From the NCBI GenBank assembly GCA_964445525.1, contig CAYULA010000002.1, positions 34,576 to 98,575 on the forward strand: DNA of 64,000 nucleotides, written 5' to 3'. Of the stretch, positions 18,055-28,957 are shown in pieces. How positions within the stretch are numbered: position 1 is the stretch's first letter; every line of letters begins with the position of its first letter. This DNA is from an uncultured Thermoplasmatales archaeon. Its GTDB lineage: Archaea; Thermoplasmatota; Penumbrarchaeia; Penumbrarchaeales; Penumbrarchaeaceae. Below the pieces are notes generated by a model. The model was not told where the DNA came from and searched no databases. It saw only the letters and a program-made list of their open reading frames with translations. The position numbers and the translations under genes were made by a program.

Positions 18055-21015
18055 TCAGTGAGAGAACAGATCATCGAGATCGCTTGTATAATTCTGCCCT
18101 CCCTGTCCCTGAGGGGAGGTGTACTGGGCAGGCTGGTACTGGGAAGCCTGGGGTTGCTGATAGGTAGATTGACCCTGTTCCTGTCGGACAGGTGCCGGCT
18201 GGTAGGGTCTCAGCTGTTCCTTTTGCTGCTGGGGCTGTAGATTGGAGACCGGTTCGGCCCTCTTCTGAGCATCCGGAAGGGCTTTTTTATCCTCTTTTTC
18301 CGTGACTGCCTCCTTTGCTTGGGGTATCGATGATCTTTTCGTATAGGCTCTTGAAAACAGGAGTATGGAGACAACAATGGCCACTGATATCATGGCAAAA
18401 GCTAACAGAATACCTATCATCACCATAAGGCCCGTGGACCTGATGGTGTTCTCCATTTCCTTGTCCTCCGGTTCCGGGGAGGTCATAATATTGAGTTCCT
18501 CTCCCTCCTCGGCGTAGAAATCGGCTTCATTACCAAACTCGTCTCTGTAGCTGGTCCTTACAACCATGCAGCACTGCTCGGAATAATCCACGTGCTCTGC
18601 GGCACTGCACTGGAACGTGACAGTTGCGGTTTCTCCCGCTTCTATGGGGTCGAGCTGAACAATCGGATTATCCAGATTGATCAGGTTGTCCTTTGATAGA
18701 AGAAGGACCTCGGACCAGGTTACCCTTGCCGTGCCCGTGTTGAGGACCTTGACTGTCACGCTGAATGGTTTCCCCGGCTCAATAACCGATGACGAGGTTG
18801 ATATAACCTTGAGCTTTCCCGTGCTATCAGGTATCAATACGTAGGTCACGTAAGGCTCTTCATCGTTGAAATCCTTTGAAAAACCGTTCACATCCTCCAT
18901 GGAGGTCCTGATGGAAAGAGCATATGTGGCTCCGGGAATTGTACCTTCTCCCAGGGTGCAGTTGAAGGATATGGTCCTTTTCTGACCAAGATTGAGACCA
19001 CCAATGATAATCAGGTCGTTGTCGAATGTGAACATGTTGTCAAGGGAGGTTATGAGAACGGAGAAATCCCTTATCACGGTAGGTCCCGAGTTGATGACAT
19101 CCACATGAAGAGTGAACCTCTCGTTCACTATTTCCGAAACCCTGGTGGTCATTATGTCGATATCACCTTCACCCGGATTGATCAGTACAGAAATATCAAA
19201 TGTATTGCTCTGGACAACCCCGGTAAGGTTCCTGAAATTGATCAAGAGAGTCAGGTTCAGCTTGGTCTCGACCCTGAAGGTTCCCACATCAACAGGTATG
19301 TTCACATCGAGCGTTCCGTAGGAATTGAAATCCGCGGCGGGAATGATCATATCAATACGGTCAAGGAGTACTCCCGATCCAGGGGATCCTCCCGACCTCA
19401 CCAATCTGTCGGCTTCCGTGGTTGAAAGGATCATTGACACATCTTCCAGAGGATAGAGCTCCTTGTTGGTGACCGTGAAGGAGATCCTCTGGTCTTTGCT
19501 GGTGGAATTGAGTATGTTGTGGGAATCAACGGAGATATCAGCTCCTGCGGGATCATCCAGTACCTTAAGAATGACATAAGGACTGGGAACCTGAACCTTT
19601 CGCGGCTCATCCCTGTACCAGATTATATCGACGAAATCCTCTTTCCCCATCTCGTCCCATTGATATGAATAGAGCTTGCTCGAGACCCCCGAATCGTCGA
19701 AGGGATCCTCGAATGTGGCAAAGTAGTCCACGGGAATGATATATTCCCCCGGCGGGAGCATTTCATATACCTCGATACATGGGAAAAACACGTTGAAGCT
19801 TGTCTCGACCTTGACATCGTATTTGGTAAACTCCAGTGGTTCGTATACCTTTTCTCCGTTTCCTCCCTCGTCATACCTGTATTCGGTCTGCTTCAGATAG
19901 GTAGCAGAATCCAGGTCAAGTCTAACCGTGACCATGGCCAGATCCACATTGCCTATGTTCCTCATGTTGAAACTGATCCCGCAGGTCCTCTCCTTCTGCT
20001 CAATTGAAGCCACGGGATGATCATTTGCCATATTGGTCGGATAGAGTATCGGTGTGGATTCCACCTTGAGCCTGATCACGTATGGTCCATCAATGAACTG
20101 ATCCTCGCCTATCCTGTACCTGAAGGTGAGGGTTCCCGAGTAATATCCTGGCGGAGTTGTGTCCAGTATGTCTGTCCTCCATTTCAGTATCCTGTAGGAG
20201 CTGTCGAATATATCATAGGAAATCCTGTTTGTTACCAGCCTTATTCCTTCGTTTCCGAAATCTATGTCCGCCTTGAAATCCATGAGATTAAAGGACTGCT
20301 TCCTGAACGAATTGGTGGTCTGTATGGTCATGTATTTGGAGCCAGCATAAAGGGGTGCGGGTCCCGAACCTTCTCTTCCTTGGAGTTCGATCGGGGAATT
20401 CTGCACGCCGTACACATGGCTTCTGACGAAGAACCTGGCATATCCGTCCTGGAATTTGGACATATAATAGATCTCTCCGGGGTTTTGATCATTGTAAGCC
20501 CTTGCCACCTTGAAGCTCAACCTGAGAGGAAGGCGATAATAACCCTCTTTGATATTGGTGGCGGAAATGGTCAACTCGAAGTAATTTCCCGATTGATCCC
20601 TATAGTAATTTGCCGAATATGATATATCATAACCCTCGTTGGAGGGTCCGTTGTAAGGTGTTAGAGATCCGCTTTGAGCGGGTTGGATTATATCCCTTGG
20701 TTGACCCTCGTCATCCGTTACCGCATCTGATCTGATGGTGAGTTTCGAATCGAAAAGATAGTATCTGGCATAATAATAGTCGGTATCATCCCAGTGTCTT
20801 CCATCGTAATTATTGTAAACCCTGATCCTGAAGCTTACCCTGTCCCCTATGTAATGGGAATCGAGATAGTATGCGTTGAAGGTGCAGTACGGGTCATCTC
20901 CTTCTCCCTCTCTGGTTTCTGTTTTCCCGGCCGTGCCTGTATTGAAAATCAGCATTCCCGAAAATATCAGTATTGCAAGTACCGAAATAGATACAAACTT
21001 GCTCTTCAAATTCAT
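18055..21015 (-). CDS. Giant (986 aa) secreted surface protein with a C-terminal TM anchor and a Q/P/Y-rich cytoplasmic tail
   Basis: N-terminal signal peptide (MNLKSKFVSISVLAILIFSGMLIF). Long beta-rich extracytoplasmic region with many NxS/T sequons. A single TM near the C-terminus (LMVMIGILLAFAMISVAIVVSILLF). The tail is rich in QPQQQ...YQPAQY. Confidence 0.6.
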   Translation of the reverse strand: MNLKSKFVSISVLAILIFSGMLIFNTGTAGKTETREGEGDDPYCTFNAYYLDSHYIGDRVSFRIRVYNNYDGRHWDDTDYYYARYYLFDSKLTIRSDAVTDDEGQPRDIIQPAQSGSLTPYNGPSNEGYDISYSANYYRDQSGNYFELTISATNIKEGYYRLPLRLSFKVARAYNDQNPGEIYYMSKFQDGYARFFVRSHVYGVQNSPIELQGREGSGPAPLYAGSKYMTIQTTNSFRKQSFNLMDFKADIDFGNEGIRLVTNRISYDIFDSSYRILKWRTDILDTTPPGYYSGTLTFRYRIGEDQFIDGPYVIRLKVESTPILYPTNMANDHPVASIEQKERTCGISFNMRNIGNVDLAMVTVRLDLDSATYLKQTEYRYDEGGNGEKVYEPLEFTKYDVKVETSFNVFFPCIEVYEMLPPGEYIIPVDYFATFEDPFDDSGVSSKLYSYQWDEMGKEDFVDIIWYRDEPRKVQVPSPYVILKVLDDPAGADISVDSHNILNSTSKDQRISFTVTNKELYPLEDVSMILSTTEADRLVRSGGSPGSGVLLDRIDMIIPAADFNSYGTLDVNIPVDVGTFRVETKLNLTLLINFRNLTGVVQSNTFDISVLINPGEGDIDIMTTRVSEIVNERFTLHVDVINSGPTVIRDFSVLITSLDNMFTFDNDLIIIGGLNLGQKRTISFNCTLGEGTIPGATYALSIRTSMEDVNGFSKDFNDEEPYVTYVLIPDSTGKLKVISTSSSVIEPGKPFSVTVKVLNTGTARVTWSEVLLLSKDNLINLDNPIVQLDPIEAGETATVTFQCSAAEHVDYSEQCCMVVRTSYRDEFGNEADFYAEEGEELNIMTSPEPEDKEMENTIRSTGLMVMIGILLAFAMISVAIVVSILLFSRAYTKRSSIPQAKEAVTEKEDKKALPDAQKRAEPVSNLQPQQQKEQLRPYQPAPVRQEQGQSTYQQPQASQYQPAQYTSPQGQGGQNYTSDLDDLFSH

Positions 21016-21088
21016 TTCTCTTCCCCCGCTATGGAAACGTATAGTTCATCATCATCATAGATTAAAAAAGTATTGAATTAATGATGAA

Positions 21089-21988
21089 CTACTGGCTCCT
21101 TGCATATCTCGCAACCAGAAATATCCCTAAAAGAACAACAGGCCCACCGAGTAAGGCTCCGGTTCCCGGGTTTTCCGACAGGATCAGATATGCGAGAATT
21201 GAAGATCCAACCGGTTCCCCAAGCAATGTAACCGAGATAACGGTGGGAGAGACATAACGAAGAGCCCAGTTGTAGATCGTATGTCCAGCGAGCATGGGAC
21301 CAACCGCAAGGAGTAAGAACAACAAATATTCGTTTGGTTCAATCGGTGTAAGATCAACACCTGTTGAAAGGGAGGCTGCAAGTAAGAACAGGGAGGCAGG
21401 TCCGTAGACCAGGAATGCATAGGTAGACAGTGAAAGTTTTTTCCTGAATCTTGACCCTGCCAGTATATACAATCCCGCCATGACACCTCCACCGAGTGCA
21501 AGCAGGTTTCCCTTCAGAGCCTCGCCGGAAAATGAGAGATCCCCGCCTATTACCAATACGGATCCTATCAAAGCAAGAGCCATCCCGGCCACAACTCTGG
21601 AACTGAGTCTCTCACCGAAGGCGACAAACGAGATGACTGCCACAAATACCGGATGTGTCGTTACCAGAAGCACTGAACTTGCAACCGTGGTGAATTGAAA
21701 TGACCATATCCACAAAGTGAAATGCATTGCCAGGGCCAGACCCACAAGCATCAGGCCCAGCATTGTTCTCCTATCAAGCAGAGGAAGCTCCTTTCGTATG
21801 GATGGTATCGCAAAAGGAAGCAATATGGCCTCGGCAATTATCAATCTCCAAAGTGCAATGGTGAGGGGATGACTTTCGGAAAGCTTGATGAGGATCGCGG
21901 CGGTGGATACCGCAGCCATTGCAATGATAATCCAGAATGGGGCCTGTTCCTGGCGGAAAAGGAACCTCTCCCGATCCACTGCGGGCAT
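21089..21988 (-). CDS. DMT-superfamily (EamA-like) 10-TM transporter. Start probably at Met 21988 (MPAVDRERF...).
   Basis: Two internally repeated 5-TM halves with the typical EamA composition. It would overlap the divergent dus gene if the longer ORF-table start (22075) were used. Confidence 0.6.
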   Translation of the reverse strand: MPAVDRERFLFRQEQAPFWIIIAMAAVSTAAILIKLSESHPLTIALWRLIIAEAILLPFAIPSIRKELPLLDRRTMLGLMLVGLALAMHFTLWIWSFQFTTVASSVLLVTTHPVFVAVISFVAFGERLSSRVVAGMALALIGSVLVIGGDLSFSGEALKGNLLALGGGVMAGLYILAGSRFRKKLSLSTYAFLVYGPASLFLLAASLSTGVDLTPIEPNEYLLFLLLAVGPMLAGHTIYNWALRYVSPTVISVTLLGEPVGSSILAYLILSENPGTGALLGGPVVLLGIFLVARYARSQ

Positions 21989-22040
21989 GCCGAGGCGATC
22001 GCTGTGCAGATTATATAATAGGTGTCGGAATAGGGAAGGG

Positions 22041-23063
22041 ATGGCTGAAGGAAAACCCTGGAAGAATCTTACCATAGAGAGAAAGGGTTCGAAATTGAAC
22101 CTGAGACATCCAATCTTTCCAGGACCTATGGCAGGGGCCTTCGAACCTCCCTACAGAATGATGCTCCATGACATTGGGATCGAACTATCCTTCACAGAGA
22201 TGATCTCCGCCAGGGGCACCATAGAGGGATCCGGGAAAACCCTGGAACTCGCGGGCTGGGTGCCGGAGAAGGGATATTCGGGAGCGCAGGTATTCGGTTC
22301 CGATGCGAATTATGTCTCCGGTGCGGCCAGGGAGATGGTGAGGCTGGGGCATGATATTATCGATCTGAATGCAGGCTGTCCCAAGCGGAAGGTGCTGGTC
22401 CAGGGTTCCGGCGGAGCTCTCCTGAAAGAACATGAACGGTTCGTCTCGATTGCTTCTTCCATTCTGGATTCGGTGGATGTACCCGTCAGTGTGAAGACCA
22501 GATCGGGATTCCATGTTTTCGAACCGAATCCATTTAAAAAATTGTTGAAAGACTTAGAAAGTATCGGAATATCCATGATATCCATACACGGACGCACAGT
22601 CAGACAGGGATACAGGGGCAGTGCCGACAGGGATGTGATCTCCCAAGCCGCCTCGATCGTGGATATTCCGGTCATTGCATCGGGTGACGTGAGGTCCCTG
22701 GCGGATGTTTTAGACTATTTCGGCAGGGGAGCTTCCGGAGTGATGGTCGGCAGGGCCATGATGGGAGACCCTTTCTTCATTTCGAGGATCATTTCCGAAG
22801 ACCAAGACCCGTTTCCCTCAAAATCAGATGATGTTGAAAGGATTTTTTCCATGGCAGCGAGACACCTGGACCTCTCGATCGATTATTACGGAGAGAAGAG
22901 GGGATGCATGAAGTTCAGAAGTCAGCTCGGTTGGTATGTCCGTTCGTTCAAGGGAAGGAAACCATACATGGACAGGATCCATCATGCATCCTCAAAGGAT
23001 GATTTCACAAGTCTCATGACCGAGATCTTGCATGAATGGAAGCGTCAGCCGGGTACTTGTTAA
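22041..23063 (+). CDS. dus: tRNA-dihydrouridine synthase (Dus family, TIM-barrel flavoenzyme). Start at Met 22041.
   Basis: PMAGAFEPPYRMM..., DLNAGCPKRKV (the Dus catalytic Cys region) and TIM-barrel spacing. The ORF table's upstream extension overlaps the divergent transporter gene. Confidence 0.75.
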   Translation: MAEGKPWKNLTIERKGSKLNLRHPIFPGPMAGAFEPPYRMMLHDIGIELSFTEMISARGTIEGSGKTLELAGWVPEKGYSGAQVFGSDANYVSGAAREMVRLGHDIIDLNAGCPKRKVLVQGSGGALLKEHERFVSIASSILDSVDVPVSVKTRSGFHVFEPNPFKKLLKDLESIGISMISIHGRTVRQGYRGSADRDVISQAASIVDIPVIASGDVRSLADVLDYFGRGASGVMVGRAMMGDPFFISRIISEDQDPFPSKSDDVERIFSMAARHLDLSIDYYGEKRGCMKFRSQLGWYVRSFKGRKPYMDRIHHASSKDDFTSLMTEILHEWKRQPGTC

Positions 23064-23132
23064 ACTTTTATACCGGATATGGCCATTAACCGTCCGCCCT
23101 TAGTTTGAAGTTCTTTCGGGAGGTATCTTCAG

Positions 23133-26123
23133 ATGAGAACCTGGATAGTCCGCCAAATAACCGTTATGATCGCGATTGCATTGGCATTTACCGCTGTTTT
23201 ATCTCTTACGGAATCAGCGGAAGCAGGGACCCCGATGGGGGTGAGGTCCTCTACCGGATTCATCTCCATTGATGACTTCTATGTCCATAACGAATACAAT
23301 GTTGATGATCTCTGGGTAGTGGTCTGGCTGGAGAACAGGGATACCCATTACAGACAGTATTCCGACAGTGATTACTACTTCTATTACAGGGATATTGCAA
23401 ACTCGTTTGCAATTCCCGTGGACGGTTCACCCCATTCCTCCGGTGAAGAAAAGAGGGCTCTTGTGGAACTGTTCACCTCCACAGATTGCGTTTTCTGTCC
23501 GGGTGCGGTAGGAGCCCTGGATACCCTGGCAGAGGAGAGGTTCCCGGATGAGTTCTCTTTGATAGAGTGGCACAAGGCAATAAATCCCGGAAGCGATCCC
23601 TACGAAACCCCCGCCTCCAGGGGGAGGTTCTCTTCCTACAACATCTCTTCAAGACCGACAACCATCTTCGACGGGGCGACCGCAGCGGTGGGCGGAGATC
23701 AGGACCCCAACAACGTCCAGATACTCAAGAGCTACGGCAACACCATTGACCTGGTCAATTCCTTTCTTCTGCCACAGGTCAGTTTCTCTGGTTCCGCTGA
23801 CACGGGAGGGGATTACCTGTCCTACAATATCAGTTTCGAGGTGACCAATCCCATGGTCAAGGGTGATTGGGTGGTCAGGGCTGCTGTTTGCGAGGACATC
23901 GACAGCGATCACGGAGGGGCCAGGATGAGATTCGTACCCAGAGGGTCCCTGAATTCAAAGGCCCTCTCCGATCTTCAGGAGGGCCATCCGGATATCACCG
24001 TTGAGGAGGAAGCCACGTTCCAGGGTCTCGACCCCGAGGAGATAAAGGGCAATTTCACCATGAAATGGAACGCTTCCGACCCCCAGGACGGAGATGACGT
24101 AACCATTGACATTCGATACTGGGGACCTGACGATCAATGGAAAGAACTGGCCACAGGTTTGGAGAATACGGGTTCTTTCACCTGGAACACTGGGGATCCC
24201 AGGGTTCCCGACGGGCAATACGAGGTAGCCATTTCTGCCGAGGATTCCCAATCCAACTCGATCCTTGCCTCCGATCTTCTTGTTTTCATAATAGACAATC
24301 CTGATTTTCCCCATGCTAATTTCTCCTATCCGGCGCAATTCGAGACATTCAACGGAGAAGAGGAGATCAGATGGACCTCCTCTGATGACGAGGACGATTC
24401 CATGGATATGCTGGCCAGGGTCTCCATATCCAATGATACCGGCCAGACATGGAAGGTCATTTCTTTCAACAGGGTAACAGGCGAGGATTGGATCGCCAAT
24501 CTCGGATCCTTTACCCTGAACACCCTCAATTACGAGGATATTCCAACATACAAGCTCAAGGTTGACATCAAGGATACCGACAATATGATAACCACAATCG
24601 AATCCGCGGTATTCGAGATCTACAACAACGATGCACCGAGGGCCTTCCTCTACAGTCCGAAACTCGGGGAAACCATCAGTTCCGTTCTGGATATAGGCTG
24701 GAAGGTTACCGATCAGGAGGACCTCCCCTCCGCCATAGAAGGCAACTTCTCCATCAGGAAGTCCGGACAGGAGAGATGGACCGTCCTCTATGAAGGCCTT
24801 CTTGATGATGAGATGGAGAACAGGACCTTCGACACCGCAGACCTCATGGGCGACGGAGATTACGAACTGAAATTCTCCGTCGAGGATTCCAGGGGAAAAA
24901 CCCACTCCGTGAACAGGCAGTTCTCGATCTACGATCCCGATCCGCCTGTCTTCTCATCGATTTCATCTCCCAGAAAGGATCTCACAGACATCAGGGAGGA
25001 AACGATAACAGTATCATGGGAATGTTCCGACGCAGACGAGGGTGAGACCCTGAGTTATGATGTGCATATCTCCCAGGCGGATCTGGAAAACTGGACCCTT
25101 CTGGCGGAGGGATTGGATACGGAAACCTATGTGGTGGACCTGTCTCTCTTGGAGGAGGGAAGCTACAGGATCAGGGTTACGGCTGTGGATTCCTCTGCAG
25201 GGTCCCTTACCTCGGAAACATTCTTCGGACCGTTCTATTACAACGCCCCGGACAGTCCCGACATCAGCCAGTTCCTTCCTTCGGAGAACCTCGACGGCGG
25301 AATACCCTCCGACATCAATTCCACGATGGAAGCCGGAGAATTTTTCCTGGACCTCAGCTGGACAGCTTCCGATGATGACAACGACAACATCACCTTTGTA
25401 TTGCATTACAGGAAGACCGGGGACCAGGATTGGACCCTGATCGAGGACAACCTGGAGGGGAGCTCTTACAGCTGGAACATGACAGCTCTGCCCTCCGGTG
25501 AGTACCGGATCAGATTGACAGCCGTGGACGAATCCCCGGAAACATTGACAAGCCAGATGATATTGGGACCATTCAGCTGGAACAATGTTATACTGAATCC
25601 GCCTGCAGATGATGACACAGACGACGATGACGAGCCGGTCCCCGAAGATGAGGATGACAGCGACGAACCCGACTGGGGACTCTACATCATCATAGGCGCC
25701 GCCAGTGTGGTAGTTGTGATAATAGTGGTGATCCTGGCTCTGTTCATGGCTTCCAAATTGGGAAAGAGGAAAGGTAAGACCGACGTGATCCCCGATCAAA
25801 AAGACATGGATTTCACCCAGATACCCGATTTCGAGAGGAACAGGCCCCCTGTCCAGCAGCCTCCTCCCCGGCAGGTAATGGCCGGGACCTACCAGGAGCA
25901 GCAGGCTCCTGTTCAGGAGGAACCTCAGCCAACCTATCAGGAGCCCCAACCCCAAGGTATTGAGGGGAATGTGAACTGGGAAGGAGAGGACCAGTCAGGT
26001 ACGGAAAACGAATCCGTTCCCGAACAGACACAGGAATCATCCCTTCCCGAAGAGGATACCGGTGATCAGGAGGGATCGGAGGAGAGTACCAATATCGCAG
26101 CTCCTCCCGAGCCTCCTGTCTGA
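23133..26123 (+). CDS. Giant (996 aa) surface protein: signal peptide, N-terminal CxxC thioredoxin-fold domain, multiple Ig/FN3-like domains, C-terminal TM anchor, acidic and P/Q-rich cytoplasmic tail
   Basis: Thioredoxin-like segment ...ALVELFTSTDCVFCPGAVGALD...SSRPTTIFDG (CxxC plus a cis-Pro loop). TM WGLYIIIGAASVVVVIIVVILALFMA. Tail PPVQQPPPRQ...TYQEQQAPVQEEPQPTYQEPQPQ. Confidence 0.6.
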   Translation: MRTWIVRQITVMIAIALAFTAVLSLTESAEAGTPMGVRSSTGFISIDDFYVHNEYNVDDLWVVVWLENRDTHYRQYSDSDYYFYYRDIANSFAIPVDGSPHSSGEEKRALVELFTSTDCVFCPGAVGALDTLAEERFPDEFSLIEWHKAINPGSDPYETPASRGRFSSYNISSRPTTIFDGATAAVGGDQDPNNVQILKSYGNTIDLVNSFLLPQVSFSGSADTGGDYLSYNISFEVTNPMVKGDWVVRAAVCEDIDSDHGGARMRFVPRGSLNSKALSDLQEGHPDITVEEEATFQGLDPEEIKGNFTMKWNASDPQDGDDVTIDIRYWGPDDQWKELATGLENTGSFTWNTGDPRVPDGQYEVAISAEDSQSNSILASDLLVFIIDNPDFPHANFSYPAQFETFNGEEEIRWTSSDDEDDSMDMLARVSISNDTGQTWKVISFNRVTGEDWIANLGSFTLNTLNYEDIPTYKLKVDIKDTDNMITTIESAVFEIYNNDAPRAFLYSPKLGETISSVLDIGWKVTDQEDLPSAIEGNFSIRKSGQERWTVLYEGLLDDEMENRTFDTADLMGDGDYELKFSVEDSRGKTHSVNRQFSIYDPDPPVFSSISSPRKDLTDIREETITVSWECSDADEGETLSYDVHISQADLENWTLLAEGLDTETYVVDLSLLEEGSYRIRVTAVDSSAGSLTSETFFGPFYYNAPDSPDISQFLPSENLDGGIPSDINSTMEAGEFFLDLSWTASDDDNDNITFVLHYRKTGDQDWTLIEDNLEGSSYSWNMTALPSGEYRIRLTAVDESPETLTSQMILGPFSWNNVILNPPADDDTDDDDEPVPEDEDDSDEPDWGLYIIIGAASVVVVIIVVILALFMASKLGKRKGKTDVIPDQKDMDFTQIPDFERNRPPVQQPPPRQVMAGTYQEQQAPVQEEPQPTYQEPQPQGIEGNVNWEGEDQSGTENESVPEQTQESSLPEEDTGDQEGSEESTNIAAPPEPPV

Positions 26124-26125
26124 TC

Positions 26126-28846
26126 CTAAAATCCGAAGCTGAAATACGCTCCGATGGTGCTCTCGAGGAACAGAACGTAAATGATAACAAAGGATCCGGC
26201 AAGCATCAGGAGCACCGCGGATACCTTCTTTATCACCTGGGTCTTGGAAACCATCCTCTGGAGGAAACCCGAACCCGAGGCAGCCATGTAGGTGAACAGC
26301 ACCATCATGGCGCCGAGGGAAAGGGTGTAAAGTCCGAATATGAGCGCCCCTCCGAGGATCCCTCCTATTGCAAAGGAGATCAGTATCATACCGATGAATG
26401 CAGGGGCCATGCAGCTGGAGGCGGCGGCTCCGTATCCGAATCCGTATGCGAACAGTCCGCCGGCCGAGGAATCCTCCTCGGAGGACCTTCCCCTCATCCT
26501 CGCTATCATGATCTCGAAGGGCCTCTTGATGTAATCCATTCCTCTTTCAAGGAATGAATCCTTCCCTATGAAGGTCAGAAATCCCAGTATTACCAGTACC
26601 CCGCCAATGGGCAGGATCAGGAAACGAAGATACTGCTGGATCGCGCCTCCGACTATTGTAACCAGTATTCCGATGAGTATGAAGAAGGTGATTATGCCCG
26701 CAGCAGCGACCATGCCCCCGATCAGAGGATTCTGCTTTCTCCCGGTGGAGGATTCCTGGGTGATGTAATACGAGATATAACCCGGGAGCATGGGAAGGGA
26801 GCAGGGCGAGAAGAAGGTGACAATTCCGAAAAGGGCTGCTATCGATCCGAAGGCAATGAGGGACCCTCCGGTCTGGGTTATGGAGACGGCCTTGTAATCT
26901 CCGGTATGGGAATCCTCTATCTTATCAAGGACGGTATCCTTGTTGATGATCCCCGTGTGCTGATAGACGATATCCCCGTTGGGAGCAATTATTACCATCT
27001 TCGGTACCGCCAGTGCATCGAAGAGTTCAACGAAATCCCTGTTGAGGCCTATGGGCCATTCGGCCCCGTATTTTTCCTGGAAATCGTTCATGGCTTTGTT
27101 TGTATCGGCGTTGTCAACCGATACCGAAAGGAACTCCACATCATCGCCGTATTTATCTTTGGCTTCTTCGAAGACGTCAACCACGATCGGCATCTCCTCG
27201 TTGCAGCTTGCACAGGTTGTGAACATTATGTCAATAACCAGTGTCTTCCCCTCGTACATATCCGGGGTGTGTAACACTCCGTTGGTGTCGGTAACCCTGA
27301 AATCAGGAACCGATGATGTGGATCCCGTGAAAACCGAAGCGGCCGAGATCGATGTGATTATTATTCCGAGCGCCACGATTATTGCCAGACTCGCTTTCGA
27401 GGAAAACACCTTCAGCAGTCCCCCCTGGACCTTCCTCGTGGCAATGTATAGTACGGGCCCCAGTATGATCAGTATTATTCCGATTGTCAGGAACAGGGTT
27501 CCCGTCTCCATTCCGATCAGGGCCGTGTTCTTGTCCTTGGACGCCTCTTCCTGGCTTACCAGGGTGTATATCTGAGAGGAGGACTGGGCAAACTGATCGT
27601 CATAGAGCAGAACCTGGGCATAGAGAGGTCCTCCCGAGTGTTCTATCTCGGCAGTGCCGGTGGCGTCGGAGTAGGCATAGCAGACCCCCTGATCATCGCA
27701 TACCTCCTCCCCTGTTATGGTGAGTTCCACCGGTTCCCAGGAGGGCATATCCACTCCCTTCTGATTGATGAAGACGAAACCCCTGGCTATCCCACCCTCG
27801 TCATCCATGGTGACGGTGACCGTGTTATCGTTCAGTGTAAGTGACTTCACCTTTGGAGGTTGATTTTCCCTGTCGTATGCGGTGGACCTTGATGTTGCGG
27901 ACTGGACGCATCTGATGGAATTCGCCCTCTGGTTTCCGTCAGTGCCTCCGGGGCTGGAATCCGTGTCGGTGGTATCGAATATTGCGGCTACGGCATACAT
28001 GTCCTGAGCTTTTATCGGGATCGTGGCCTCGGGAATCTGGTAGGTGAAGGAGAACACCTTCTCGGTGCCCATGTTCATGGTGAATCTCTCGTCTTGTGCC
28101 GCATAGCCTCTGAAAACCGCATCGTTGGATACGTTCATGTCATATACCAGCGAATAGGCGGTGACGTTGTCTTCCACCATGAATACGTAAAGGGATCCTT
28201 GAAGGGGAAGAAGATTTCCTCCCACCATCTTTGCGTTGGCCTCGTACGTTGCCTTTACCTCGACGTAAAATGAGCTCCCGTCGAATATCTGGTCCACCTC
28301 CATCTTCACGAAGGGAAAGGACCAGGAAAGCCTGTCCATGGGCCTCATAGGGGCGTTGTCATACCTCCTCTCCGATTCCATAAGGGCCCAGTCTATCGTG
28401 GGTTTGTCTATTGGTTTATTGGAAGCCGAGAACCCGCCTATCTCGATGTATCCGCCGTCGAACTGGACATCCGGAGTACCTGCGAGGCCTGGCTGATAAT
28501 ACCTCATTCTGGCTGTGGCTTCCTCGGTATTGAGATCATCCTCGCCTCCGCCGTTCAATTCATGGAAGACCACCGTGCTGAAAGGTGCGGAAGGGTCCTC
28601 CCTGCCCTCCATATAAGTATCATGGACGGCTTTCTCGGGAGAATCCGCATCCGGTCCGCTTCCCATGCAGGCGGGACAGGATAGGCCGGTGAAGAATTCC
28701 ATGAGCGGTCTGTGAATGTAACCTTCCGGCGGTGGCGCATCGGTCTGGAATGAAGGTGCTTGGACGCCGTCTGCATTGAAAGATGTAACCAGTGATGCCA
28801 AAATGACGGCTGTCAACGATACGAGGAATATGATTCTTCCCTTCAT
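26126..28846 (-). CDS. Multi-domain thiol-disulfide electron-transfer protein: extracytoplasmic CxxC thioredoxin-fold domain, TlpA/ResA-like redoxin domain, and a C-terminal CcdA/DsbD-beta transmembrane domain
   Basis: Probable start at Met 28846 (MKGRIIFLVSLTAVILASL, signal-like). The ORF table extends it to 29083. N-terminal ...MEFFTGLSCPACMG...GTPDVQFDGG is paralogous to the Trx module of the neighbouring gene. The redoxin domain has the active site ...VIDIMFTTCASCNEEMP.... The CcdA motif ...FFSPCSLPMLPGYISY... and a second Cys-containing TM region are present in the C-terminal ~280 aa. Confidence 0.7.
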   Translation of the reverse strand: MKGRIIFLVSLTAVILASLVTSFNADGVQAPSFQTDAPPPEGYIHRPLMEFFTGLSCPACMGSGPDADSPEKAVHDTYMEGREDPSAPFSTVVFHELNGGGEDDLNTEEATARMRYYQPGLAGTPDVQFDGGYIEIGGFSASNKPIDKPTIDWALMESERRYDNAPMRPMDRLSWSFPFVKMEVDQIFDGSSFYVEVKATYEANAKMVGGNLLPLQGSLYVFMVEDNVTAYSLVYDMNVSNDAVFRGYAAQDERFTMNMGTEKVFSFTYQIPEATIPIKAQDMYAVAAIFDTTDTDSSPGGTDGNQRANSIRCVQSATSRSTAYDRENQPPKVKSLTLNDNTVTVTMDDEGGIARGFVFINQKGVDMPSWEPVELTITGEEVCDDQGVCYAYSDATGTAEIEHSGGPLYAQVLLYDDQFAQSSSQIYTLVSQEEASKDKNTALIGMETGTLFLTIGIILIILGPVLYIATRKVQGGLLKVFSSKASLAIIVALGIIITSISAASVFTGSTSSVPDFRVTDTNGVLHTPDMYEGKTLVIDIMFTTCASCNEEMPIVVDVFEEAKDKYGDDVEFLSVSVDNADTNKAMNDFQEKYGAEWPIGLNRDFVELFDALAVPKMVIIAPNGDIVYQHTGIINKDTVLDKIEDSHTGDYKAVSITQTGGSLIAFGSIAALFGIVTFFSPCSLPMLPGYISYYITQESSTGRKQNPLIGGMVAAAGIITFFILIGILVTIVGGAIQQYLRFLILPIGGVLVILGFLTFIGKDSFLERGMDYIKRPFEIMIARMRGRSSEEDSSAGGLFAYGFGYGAAASSCMAPAFIGMILISFAIGGILGGALIFGLYTLSLGAMMVLFTYMAASGSGFLQRMVSKTQVIKKVSAVLLMLAGSFVIIYVLFLESTIGAYFSFGF

Positions 28847-28957
28847 GGGGCCAGGCTCCTGGGGGTGGTAGGATATATATCTAATAAATCTGGTTATAAC
28901 TAATTTACCACTGAATGGGTGAGCAATATTTATATTCCATACCCTTTGGGCGCCACA

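Noticed and set aside
19105-20622. Several 70-200-aa ORFs on the + strand inside the 986-aa surface-protein gene (19105..19425, 20017..20622); similar antisense ORFs inside other giant genes (23955..24905, 25014..25955, 26979..27575, 59061..60152, 60593..61264)
   Set aside because: These are antisense to long ORFs that have signal peptides, repeats or catalytic motifs. They have no independent support and are typical shadow ORFs.
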